NCBI RefSeq assembly: GCF_046483665.1
Contig: NZ_JAWOCR010000013.1
Location: 4,129 to 68,128, forward strand
DNA length: 64,000 nt
From: Thiohalophilus sp.
Lineage (GTDB): Bacteria > Pseudomonadota > Gammaproteobacteria > UBA6429 > Thiohalophilaceae
Direction of reading: 5' to 3'
Part shown: in pieces, positions 45,101 to 52,624 of the stretch
Numbering within the stretch: the stretch's first letter is position 1
How the letters are laid out: each line of letters starts with the position of its first letter
Translations under genes and position numbers: made by a program
The notes under the pieces: generated by a model
The model's input: the letters and a program-made list of their open reading frames with translations, nothing else
What the model was told of the DNA's origin: nothing
Databases searched by the model: none

Positions 45101-45279
45101 GTCAGGCCATCGAGGAAATCGCTACGATCAAGAATCTGGTGCGTAACGGATGGATACGGATTTTGATCATCGATCCTGAACAACAGACAGCCCATATCTA
45201 CGACCACGACGCCTGGCGGAGCCGGCCGTTATCCAGTGGCCATGCGGATGAAAAACCCACGGAGTCCACAGCCTCATGA
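42163..45279 (+). CDS. dabA: DUF2309/UPF0753 beta-carbonic-anhydrase-like DAB subunit (long form)
   Basis: FIHHNPL, LHGWAGFIRWR, Zn ligands FCIDTRSE, VGHGS, DCGACGG; DWSQVRPEWGL, WINMEHYFS. Confidence 0.95.
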   Translation: MTLPLGQQLKIRSMIYVAGEPIPFFWPMRSFIHHNPLHGLEHLPFPEAVETGAQLFQGRGFLSRHEYQRYLAQGKVDRGALSAGIADFVAQQPAITGVNLSHWLMTLLTCNEQPVMRTPSLANTNEVHAVINQTEYAAATLDTDTLTARLYDTLLGACPLYEAVDRLYGTGIGAELDELVIKSCLDFFDEGQSVWHMPGRKQGLFRAWRELALRNARLFMRGLHIERILKNEQHPEGVIASVMSELGVPEDKWVNCFSRELSRLHGWAGFIRWRANAKHYYWSQRYPADLVDFLAIRLILAFALLTERSRQRITFDRPSLESLIQTRPRETWLRHELYSGAILPAYAQRVEQTLARGRPDAIEQCFNDYVLAKRRYEAEEQAAHLRQLATRADASASLETLTPDQLTTLVQVLQKFESAEGMLWLRAMEDHAMEKILGKVNLTRPVARDKRPFAQALFCIDTRSERIRRHLESAGDYQTFGIAGFFGVPISFMELGKGSETYLCPVLLKPKNLVLEMSAKTGEDVAATTVLEKVLHELKESVFTPYVTVEAIGMLFGFDMIGKTFIPLSYNRWRQRLYRDKPSTHLLLDKLDREQADSIVRAVQRAVVAKAVEQEFELEPEAVTDNMIRELREVALDHAIQAPILRETLNLSQEVEQAFIQRLRSIYRIEPAFARLQMEQLARIGFSLDEQTNFVSQALHSIGLNRDFSRFIVLVGHGSTSENNPYESALDCGACGGNHGLINARALAQMGNNPRIRQRLRAQGIEIPDDAWFLPALHDTTTDEIKLFDLDRLPSSHLVYLDRLRSGLTGASRMCAQERLPELQLTPGQCDPTEANRRARRNAMDWSQVRPEWGLSGNAYFIIGRRQLTRHRSLKGRAFLHSYDYRVDPKRRLLETILTGPLVVGQWINMEHYFSTVDNERFGSGSKVYHNVAGRFGVMTGNLSDLRTGLPAQTVLDQGQPYHQPIRLITVIEAPYEYARQAIEEIATIKNLVRNGWIRILIIDPEQQTAHIYDHDAWRSRPLSSGHADEKPTESTAS

Positions 45280-45602
45280 AAAACCTGAACTTCAGTCCAT
45301 TGAAAAAACTCGAGATTATTCTGAGCGGCGAACACCAGAGCTTTGCTACCGACGTGCTGGATCGGGCCGGCGTCAAGGGATACACCATCATCAATAATCT
45401 CTCCGGCAAAGGCAGTCACGGCTTTCACGAAGGGCACCTCATGTTCAACGAGGATGACGTGCTGATCATGATCATCGCCGCAGTGCCGGAGGAACGGGTC
45501 AGACCGATACTCGAAGGCCTGTCACCCTTTTACAACGAGCATTCGGGGGTGGTGTTTATCTCCGACATTCAGGTGACACGACTGGTGAAATTCAGCGACT
45601 AA
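45276..45602 (+). CDS. PII-like regulator (CPII/SbtB-like)
   Basis: 108 aa; KKLEII, GVKGYTII, SGKGSHG, GVVFISDIQV; ATGA overlap with dabA. Confidence 0.85.
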   Translation: MKNLNFSPLKKLEIILSGEHQSFATDVLDRAGVKGYTIINNLSGKGSHGFHEGHLMFNEDDVLIMIIAAVPEERVRPILEGLSPFYNEHSGVVFISDIQVTRLVKFSD

Positions 45603-45631
45603 GCCTCGTTGCCGTCGCGCATAGAAAGGAT

Positions 45632-46027
45632 TCAGTCCGCAAAGCTCAACTCGGCAATGATCCGGTTCAAACGCCCCTGTTCTCCCTCATCGCCCGGTGC
45701 GGCATGGGCACTGGCTGCCGCACGCGCTTCATTCTCAATACGGGTGATATATTGTTCGTTACAGGCACTGACCACCTGCTTGAGCGACTCAAGCAATGGC
45801 GAAATCTCTTCTGGCAGGCGAACCCAGCTTTCAATAAACAGGCCGCGGGAAGCATCGATCTTGACCGAATGCCCTTTTTTGTCATTCAGTCGATTGAAAT
45901 CCTCACACCAGGCTTTCGGCGCCTGGTGTGAGAGTTTGAAATAGAGATCGATATAGGGCTCTTTACGTATTCGCGGCGGACGCGTCTCATCAATGCCGCA
46001 GATCTTGATATCGCTGATACCTTCCAT
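45632..46027 (-). CDS. Conserved-looking hypothetical protein (131 aa)
   Basis: ATG 46027 after TGAGG; IKICGIDETRPPRIRKEPYIDLYFKLSH; typical codon usage. Confidence 0.7.
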   Translation of the reverse strand: MEGISDIKICGIDETRPPRIRKEPYIDLYFKLSHQAPKAWCEDFNRLNDKKGHSVKIDASRGLFIESWVRLPEEISPLLESLKQVVSACNEQYITRIENEARAAASAHAAPGDEGEQGRLNRIIAELSFAD

Positions 46028-46313
46028 TATTGCCTCACTATCATTGCCCGCCGCTGCGGCGGGCATCCAGCATACGCGATAATTACTCCGGATACCCGAC
46101 AATCCGCTTCCCGGCGGCGCAGAAAAGGATGCGTTTTACGCCTCCCTATCCTGGCATCAAGAATGTGGTGCGCAGACGCAAGCTATCCCGCTTTCCTCTC
46201 TTTGTATCACAGCCTTGTTATAGAATTTTCCGGTAACCGGGACGCGTTTTTTCAAGCCGGGAAAAGCAGAACCTGTTTGGCTCTCACTGCCTGAGGCAAT
46301 GCTTTGCCGGGGT

Positions 46314-47321
46314 TTAATTAAAGGACGCCGCTTCCATTTCCAGATAAATGCGATAGGCATTGCCCCGGTTGCTGGCATCGAAGGCCGGCATGTCTTCGTA
46401 CTTCGACCAGTCGGTATTGCGATAGGCCTCGTCGAAGGGCACAAAATTGCGCGCCGCTTCGCCCATTTTCCGGCGTACGTATTTCAGATAGTCCCGGGTA
46501 AAATTGATTGCCTGGTGCACGTCATCGGAGGCATCGCCATGACCGGGAATGATAAAGTGCGGCGTCGGCTCCATCTTCTTGAGATAGGCCAGTCCCTGCA
46601 GCCAGCGCTCGATATCCGTATCCGGACTGTCCAGGAAAGGAATCCGGCCCTTGTAGATCACATCGCCGCTGAACAGCACGCCGAGTTCTTTGATCAGCAT
46701 GATACTGTCCCCCGGGGCGTGCGCCGGCCCCATGTGCCGCACTTCGAAAGTCAGCCCGCCCTGCTCGAAGGTAGTTTCTTTTTCAAACGTCGTATCCGGC
46801 GGCACCAGATAGGTATCCTCATCCACCCAGGGGAACAATACCTCGCGGCGCTGCTCCAGCCGCCGCTGCGCGGCTTCACCCTGGCTGGCACGATCCCCGC
46901 CGATATAGCCCAGGGCCAGACGCTGGACGATAACCTCGGGACTGCCGGCATGCTCGTCGAACGCCTGCAGGCCATAAATATGGTCAGCATGATAATGGCT
47001 GATCACCACATGCGTGATCGGTTTGTCAGTCACTTCACGGATCCGCTGCAGCATCCGGTAACCCAGTGCCGGGGTGCCCAGCGCATCAAACACTACCACA
47101 CCCTCATTGGTTACCACGAAGCCGGCGTTAGACGTATGCCCCTCGTTCACCGCATCGGGCACGCCTGATTTCCCGATAATGTAATACACCGGCGCCTCCG
47201 GCACCTGATGTAGCTCAAAGGGCAAACTGACCGTCCCATACGGGGTCTTGACCGGTTCGGCCAGGACCGAAACGCTCACCAGAGCCAGAACAAACATCAA
47301 CAAACGCGGCACGTTATTCAC
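46314..47321 (-). CDS. Periplasmic MBL-fold metallo-hydrolase (SoxH-like)
   Basis: Signal peptide, SNAGFVV, HYHADH, PAH, FSGD, IPGHG, C-terminal NRGNAYRIYLEME. Confidence 0.85.
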   Translation of the reverse strand: MNNVPRLLMFVLALVSVSVLAEPVKTPYGTVSLPFELHQVPEAPVYYIIGKSGVPDAVNEGHTSNAGFVVTNEGVVVFDALGTPALGYRMLQRIREVTDKPITHVVISHYHADHIYGLQAFDEHAGSPEVIVQRLALGYIGGDRASQGEAAQRRLEQRREVLFPWVDEDTYLVPPDTTFEKETTFEQGGLTFEVRHMGPAHAPGDSIMLIKELGVLFSGDVIYKGRIPFLDSPDTDIERWLQGLAYLKKMEPTPHFIIPGHGDASDDVHQAINFTRDYLKYVRRKMGEAARNFVPFDEAYRNTDWSKYEDMPAFDASNRGNAYRIYLEMEAASFN

Positions 47322-47593
47322 TCCCCTGCCCCGGTGAACTTCCGGGACAACACATTATAAAGCCAGGCAACAATCACTCCGCCAATTACGCCGTCGGCCA
47401 GACCATACACGCTCCCCAGTAACACCGTACCAACCCCGCCACCGGGAGCAAAACCCGGGTAGATCGAGGCGACCACCTCGAGAAACGCCATGCCATATCC
47501 CGGCCAGATCAGGTTCGCGAGCCCCGTGAGTAAAATCGCTCCGCCCCAGAGAATTCCCAGAGTCAGACCCAGTGCCAGCGCATGTAATTTCAT
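47318..47593 (-). CDS. Small Gly-rich 3-TM membrane protein (family often labelled holin-like)
   Basis: ATG 47593 after AGGAGG; GYGMAFLEVVASIYPGF, GLADGVIGGVIVAWLYN; GTGA overlap with the MBL gene. Confidence 0.8.
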   Translation of the reverse strand: MKLHALALGLTLGILWGGAILLTGLANLIWPGYGMAFLEVVASIYPGFAPGGGVGTVLLGSVYGLADGVIGGVIVAWLYNVLSRKFTGAGE

Positions 47594-47699
47594 TGAGACC
47601 TCCTGTTCACTGCCAACGGATGCCGGCAAGAAATGACCTGTTTATAGAGTACAGGTCCAAACGCCCCGGCACCAATACAGGCGAAGTGCCTCTTGGACC

Positions 47700-48539
47700 T
47701 TATTTGAGTGCGTCATACACGGAAAAGAACTGGCTGCAGCATTCTTCATCGCCCTGATCGTAATAAAGCGTATTGAGAACAAAATCGACCGGCGGATCGA
47801 GCAGCCGCCCCTCCAGCAGCGTGTGATAGGACGCCCCTCCAAGCAATCGATGAACCTGGGTCAGATAGAGGCGATTGATCACCCCGGCCGTTACCAGCGT
47901 CTCCAACACTGCTGTGCCGGCGATGGAATAGATACAGCAAAAGCCCTCGGCGGTGAGCGCATCGAACAACGCCTTGCCTTCAACCTGCCGTCCTTCCCCG
48001 GCGATCAATACTTTCGCCCCGACGGCCTGCAACGTTTTGATACGTTCGGGATCCGCCTGTGCTCCGGTGGCCACATACACCGGTCGATCCAGCTGTTCGC
48101 ACAATACTTCCAGCGGCAGATCCAGACTGGCACTGAGCACCACCACCGCCGGCTGCGGCGGCAAGCCCTGCGCACGGCGCCATTCATGCAGATCCGCGTA
48201 GGCCGAATCGTCACTCAGCGGCAACGCCGCCTGCGCCTCCCCCGCCGCAAAATCCCGCACATAGCGTGCACTGGTCACCAGAATATCCGCCTGCGCTGCC
48301 AGCTCCTGGTACAGCCGCCAGTCGCGCGGATTGGTAATCGCCGCCGGCACCCCCTTCTCCCCCGTCTCAGGGTGGGCTATCGCAATCCGCCCGTCCAGGC
48401 TTTCGATAAAGTTGCTGTACACCAGCGGTGTCTCCTGCAACTGTGCACGATGCAGCGCATGCTGCAGATACAGCCCCTCGAGGGCAACATCTTCCTCGCG
48501 AGAGGGGAACAGGCGGGTAAGTGAGTTGTTAGTCGTCAA
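47700..48539 (-). CDS. RibD C-terminal/DHFR-like reductase domain protein
   Basis: YSNFIESLDGRIA, DWRLYQELAAQAD, AVVVLSASLDLP, INRLYLT; no deaminase domain. Confidence 0.85.
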   Translation of the reverse strand: MTTNNSLTRLFPSREEDVALEGLYLQHALHRAQLQETPLVYSNFIESLDGRIAIAHPETGEKGVPAAITNPRDWRLYQELAAQADILVTSARYVRDFAAGEAQAALPLSDDSAYADLHEWRRAQGLPPQPAVVVLSASLDLPLEVLCEQLDRPVYVATGAQADPERIKTLQAVGAKVLIAGEGRQVEGKALFDALTAEGFCCIYSIAGTAVLETLVTAGVINRLYLTQVHRLLGGASYHTLLEGRLLDPPVDFVLNTLYYDQGDEECCSQFFSVYDALK

Positions 48540-48752
48540 GATGAAACCTTCGGTTGCTAAAAAAAAGTGGCCAAGAATTTAACGCCCCTGTTGCGTTCAG
48601 GTCACGAAAACCGCACTTGATCGAGTTATCCTGAAATAACAAACCCGGGAAACAAGGCATAGATTGCGAATAGAAAATATTTTGCATTGACGCCATTTTT
48701 CCTGTCCTATTATTTAACTTATATTTCTATATATAGCAAAGTTGAGAAGCCC

Positions 48753-49493
48753 ATGCAGATTGGCATTTTAATCATCGGTGATGAAATATTGTCCGGCCGG
48801 CGCCAGGACAAACATCTGGAGTATGTCATTCACACCCTGGCACAGCGCCATCTCACCCTCGCCTGGGCCCGCTACGTGGGTGACGATGAAGCTAACCTGA
48901 TCAACAACTTTAGTAACATAGCGACACAGGGCGATCTCTGCTTCAGCTTTGGCGGCATCGGCGCCACCCCGGACGATATCACCCGACAATGCGTGGCCAG
49001 AGCACTCGACCTGCCCATCGTTCGTCACCCCGGAGCCATCGGCGAAATCGAGGCCCAGTTTGGCGACAAAACCTATCCCCACCGCATCCGGATGGCCGAC
49101 CTGCCGGATGGCGCGGGCCTGATTCCCAACCCCCGCAATCGCATTCCCGGCTTTACCATCGGCCACATCCACTGCCTGCCCGGCTTCCCGGAGATGGCGT
49201 GGCCGATGCTGGAGTGGGTACTGGAAAATCATTACCCCGATCTCAGAGGTACCGAGACGGTACACTACATTCTGAAAGTGCATAACGCCCACGAAAGCGA
49301 GCTGATTCCGCTGATGGAACAGATCCAGCGCGACTATCCGACGCTCAGGATCTCCAGCCTGCCAAAATTCCTGGCCAAGGGTCAGAGTGAAATTGAACTG
49401 GGATTCAAAGGCGATGAAGTCACAGTCAACGCGGCATGTGATGCAATAGCAACCGAGCTGCGGGAGCGCGGCCTGGAAATATCGCCAATGTAA
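48753..49493 (+). CDS. CinA N-terminal-type molybdopterin-binding-fold protein
   Basis: IIGDEILSGRRQD, FGGIGATPDDITR, LPGFPEM; lacks the PncC C-terminal domain. Confidence 0.9.
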   Translation: MQIGILIIGDEILSGRRQDKHLEYVIHTLAQRHLTLAWARYVGDDEANLINNFSNIATQGDLCFSFGGIGATPDDITRQCVARALDLPIVRHPGAIGEIEAQFGDKTYPHRIRMADLPDGAGLIPNPRNRIPGFTIGHIHCLPGFPEMAWPMLEWVLENHYPDLRGTETVHYILKVHNAHESELIPLMEQIQRDYPTLRISSLPKFLAKGQSEIELGFKGDEVTVNAACDAIATELRERGLEISPM

Positions 49494-49523
49494 ATCAGTG
49501 CAAGAGCAGACAGATAGATGTCG

Positions 49524-50315
49524 CTAAAACATGAAGGTCAGACTGGCACTGACAGCATCCTCATCAGTAAAACGCCCCTGGAGATCAATAGCCAAGCGAT
49601 CAGTCGGAACGATTGAGACGCCCGCGAATGCCCCGGCCCGGCTATCCATATCGGTAGAACCCAGCTCATAGGTTTTACCACCGGCAGTCGTCGAAGCCGA
49701 ATAATCGCCACCGACAAACTTGATCCCCGCATACGGGGTCAGGCTGTTGAACTTGTAGCTCAAACCCAGTGCCATCTGCCACTGCTCAAAATCAGCATCC
49801 TGTTCGGCAGTCAGCTGTGAACGCGTATAGGATGTTCCATCGACAACAACCGAATCATAATCGCCAGTTTGTACAGCTCGATACTTCAAGTCCGTATTGA
49901 TAGCCAGGCCGCTGGGGTCTTCATACAGCAAGACAGCGATGCCCGCTCCCCAAGTAAACTCATCCGAACGCTTAAAGGTGACATTACTGCCTCTGATCGT
50001 AGCTGTATACTCCAGCCCACTGGCAACCCCAAAATCTGCGTAGATATCTACCCGTTTGGCTACGGAATAAATAACCTTAATAGTGTTGATGCTGGCTTCT
50101 ATTTTTCCCTGATAGTCACTAAGTTCAATTTCATCGATGAAATTGCTCTCAATAGCCATAGCCAGCTTAGCTTTTGCCCAATCCTCACCACCTTGATGAA
50201 CCGTCCCCTTCAAATTCTTTACTCCTGAGGGAAGCGTTACAGGATCGGCATAAAGCGTCGGGATTAGACTAAAAATAATCAGAAATAATGAGGCCCTTGT
50301 AATAAACATGCGCAT
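49524..50315 (-). CDS. Outer-membrane beta-barrel resembling chlamydial MOMP (OmpA/PorB family)
   Basis: Signal peptide, alternating beta-strands, C-terminal Phe; blocks [43 protein letters not shown] and RFTDEDA..FMF match MOMP blocks recalled from memory. Confidence 0.75.
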   Translation of the reverse strand: [263 protein letters not shown]

Positions 50316-50423
50316 TTCAGTATCTTCTTTTTATAAATTTTCAAACAGCATAAATATTATTCGTATAAAGTTCAATGCATAGGGGAAACCATGAAATTGG
50401 CGTATTTACTGGAAGATTCAAAG

Positions 50424-51284
50424 CTACTCGATTAGACGCCGCCTGTGCTCGGCAAGAGCGAACCCCAGCAGAAGCCAGAAGCCTCCGACAAGAAAACCGG
50501 CGGCAACGTCACTCACGTAGTGCACACTCAACAGCATGCGACTGAAACCCACCAGCGCAATCAGCACGGCAGCCCAGTAGATGATCTCGAAGCGCGGTCT
50601 AATCCCGGCAACACGGGTGGCCAGGATGCAGGCGATGAAACCATACACGGCCATGGCGCTGGTCGCATGTCCACTGGGGAACGAAGGCGTTAGTGCGACA
50701 ACTTCCGTGATAAATTCCGGGCGCGGGCGCGCGATCACGTACTTGCCGGTATAGGTGGTAATCTGTGAGCCGATGAGAGTTAACCATAACGGCGCAATCA
50801 TGTAGCCATGACTACGCCCCCACAACAACCCCGTGGTAACGAGGGCCACGGCAACCAGGGTGGCCGAACTGCCAAGATCAGTGATCCAGGCAAACAGGGT
50901 GATCACCCCGTCCGTGCGCAACGGTGCAAGTTGCTGATTGAGCCACTGATCAAACCGGACGAGCTCGTCAGCCTCGAACAGCTCCTCTACCAGTCCCCCG
51001 AACAATGCCGCGAGGTAAAACGCCGCAATGACCACCAGTGTAAGCGGAAGGCCCGTAAACCGATCCGGTGTCAGTCTGGCGTGAAGGAAGCCGGCTGTTC
51101 GGGGAAACCTTGCTTCGAACTTCGCCCCCAGCGCCGTGATATCGTCCCGCTGTCGGACTTGGCTTATGACCGTGATCAAGCGGGAGAAAAGGTACGAAAC
51201 CAATCGCCATCCCCACCAGGCGATCAGCCTGAGTACCACGACTATCGCCAGAATCACCAGTACTATCGCCACTGTCCAGTTCAT
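50424..51284 (-). CDS. PAP2 family membrane phosphatase
   Basis: KYVIARPRP, PSFPSGHA, SRMLLSVHYVSDV. Confidence 0.93.
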   Translation of the reverse strand: MNWTVAIVLVILAIVVVLRLIAWWGWRLVSYLFSRLITVISQVRQRDDITALGAKFEARFPRTAGFLHARLTPDRFTGLPLTLVVIAAFYLAALFGGLVEELFEADELVRFDQWLNQQLAPLRTDGVITLFAWITDLGSSATLVAVALVTTGLLWGRSHGYMIAPLWLTLIGSQITTYTGKYVIARPRPEFITEVVALTPSFPSGHATSAMAVYGFIACILATRVAGIRPRFEIIYWAAVLIALVGFSRMLLSVHYVSDVAAGFLVGGFWLLLGFALAEHRRRLIE

Positions 51285-51444
51285 CTACAGCCACTTGGTC
51301 AGCATTGATGATTGAAGAAAATGATGACCGCTTATCAAATTATTAACACCGAAAGGCCTCGCGACACGGGCGCAAGTGCCCGCTTTCAGGATTCAGCTCG
51401 TCCGCAGGGCGCTCGTTTTAGTGGAGATTAGCGGGTAACTTCGG

Positions 51445-51473
51445 GAGATTGCCACGCTTCGCTCGCAACGACG
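51445..51473. repeat. REP-like hairpin GAGATTGC...GCAACGACG
   Basis: GAGATTGCCACGCTTCGCTCGCAACGACG; shares its termini with the adjacent hairpin. Confidence 0.6.
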
Positions 51474-51487
51474 ATAGTAGTAAGAAT

Positions 51488-51525
51488 AGATTCCGGATCG
51501 CGCCTCCGGCTTGTCCGGAATGACG
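51488..51525. repeat. REP-like hairpin GATTCCGG...CCGGAATGACG, copy 1
   Basis: 34/38 identical to 56362-56399. Confidence 0.8.
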
Positions 51526-51538
51526 GGCAAGGCAGGAA

Positions 51539-52615
51539 TTACAGAACCTTCTTAAGCGCCGCGAGAAACGCCGCATTCTCTTCCGGCGTGCCGACGGTGA
51601 CGCGCAAACAGTCCTTCAACAACCCGCCGGCTTTGTCGAGATTCTTGATCAAAACACTCTCACCTTTCAGAGCCTCGAAGATATCGGTGGCCTTGCCGGG
51701 CTGGGTGCGAAACAGAATGAAGTTCGCCTGACTCGGATAAACAGTTAACCCGTCGATCTTCTGCATCTCGGCAAACAACAATTCCCGATCGGTACAGATC
51801 TGATCGGTTTGCGCATTCAGCACATCGCGATTCTGCAGGGCAAACCCGGCGCTGGCCTGGGTCAGGCTGCTGATGTTGTAGGGCAGGCGCACCTTGTCGA
51901 ACTCGTTGAGCCAGGCCGGGTTGCCGGCCAGCAGTCCCAGCCGCAATCCGGCCAGGCCCATTTTGGAGACGGTGCGCATCACCAGCATGTTGTCGTAATG
52001 AGTCACCTCATTCATGAACGAGTCACCGGCGAAAGCATGGTACGCCTCGTCGATGATCACCAGCCCCGGCGCGGCATCGATGATCTGCTTGATATCGTTC
52101 TTGTCGAACAGGTTACCGGTTGGATTGTTCGGGTACGCCAGGAAGACCACCGCCGGCTGGTACTGCTCGATGGCGTGCAGGACTTCTTTGCTATCCAGCG
52201 AGAAGTCATCCTGTAGCGGTACGCCGATGTACTGCATATCGGTGAAGGTGGCGATCATGTGATACATGACAAAGCCCGGCTCCACCGACAGCACGCTGCG
52301 CTGTTCGTCGGCCAGGGTCATGAGAATCATCTGGATGATCTCGTCCGAGCCGTTGCCCAGCAGAATCTCCGCACCTTCGGGCACGGCCATCGCCTCGCGC
52401 AGGTGTTGCTTCAAACTGGCGGCGGAGGGATCGGGATAGCGGTTGAGTTCCACCTGGCGCACCACGTCCAGCCATTGATCCAGCAACGGCTCGGGCCAGC
52501 GATAGGGGTTTTCCATCGCATCAAGTTTGATCAGGCCCTTCGCGGGCGGCACGTGATAGGCCTGCAGGCCGTGGATCTCGGGGCGTATCCATTTGTCGAT
52601 GCGCGAGCCGGTCAT
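51539..52615 (-). CDS. hisC: Histidinol-phosphate aminotransferase
   Basis: KLDAMENP, GNGSDE, YPNNPTG, IDEAY, RTVSKMGLAGLRLG, RVTVGT. Confidence 0.97.
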   Translation of the reverse strand: MTGSRIDKWIRPEIHGLQAYHVPPAKGLIKLDAMENPYRWPEPLLDQWLDVVRQVELNRYPDPSAASLKQHLREAMAVPEGAEILLGNGSDEIIQMILMTLADEQRSVLSVEPGFVMYHMIATFTDMQYIGVPLQDDFSLDSKEVLHAIEQYQPAVVFLAYPNNPTGNLFDKNDIKQIIDAAPGLVIIDEAYHAFAGDSFMNEVTHYDNMLVMRTVSKMGLAGLRLGLLAGNPAWLNEFDKVRLPYNISSLTQASAGFALQNRDVLNAQTDQICTDRELLFAEMQKIDGLTVYPSQANFILFRTQPGKATDIFEALKGESVLIKNLDKAGGLLKDCLRVTVGTPEENAAFLAALKKVL

Positions 52616-52624
52616 GGTTTTTTA

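Noticed and set aside
47318-47593. Prophage suggested by the holin-like gene
   Set aside because: No endolysin, structural or integrase genes nearby.
51340-51538. Integron attC or group II intron end
   Set aside because: No proper RYYYAAC...GTTRRRY pairing, no intI, and no domain V consensus.
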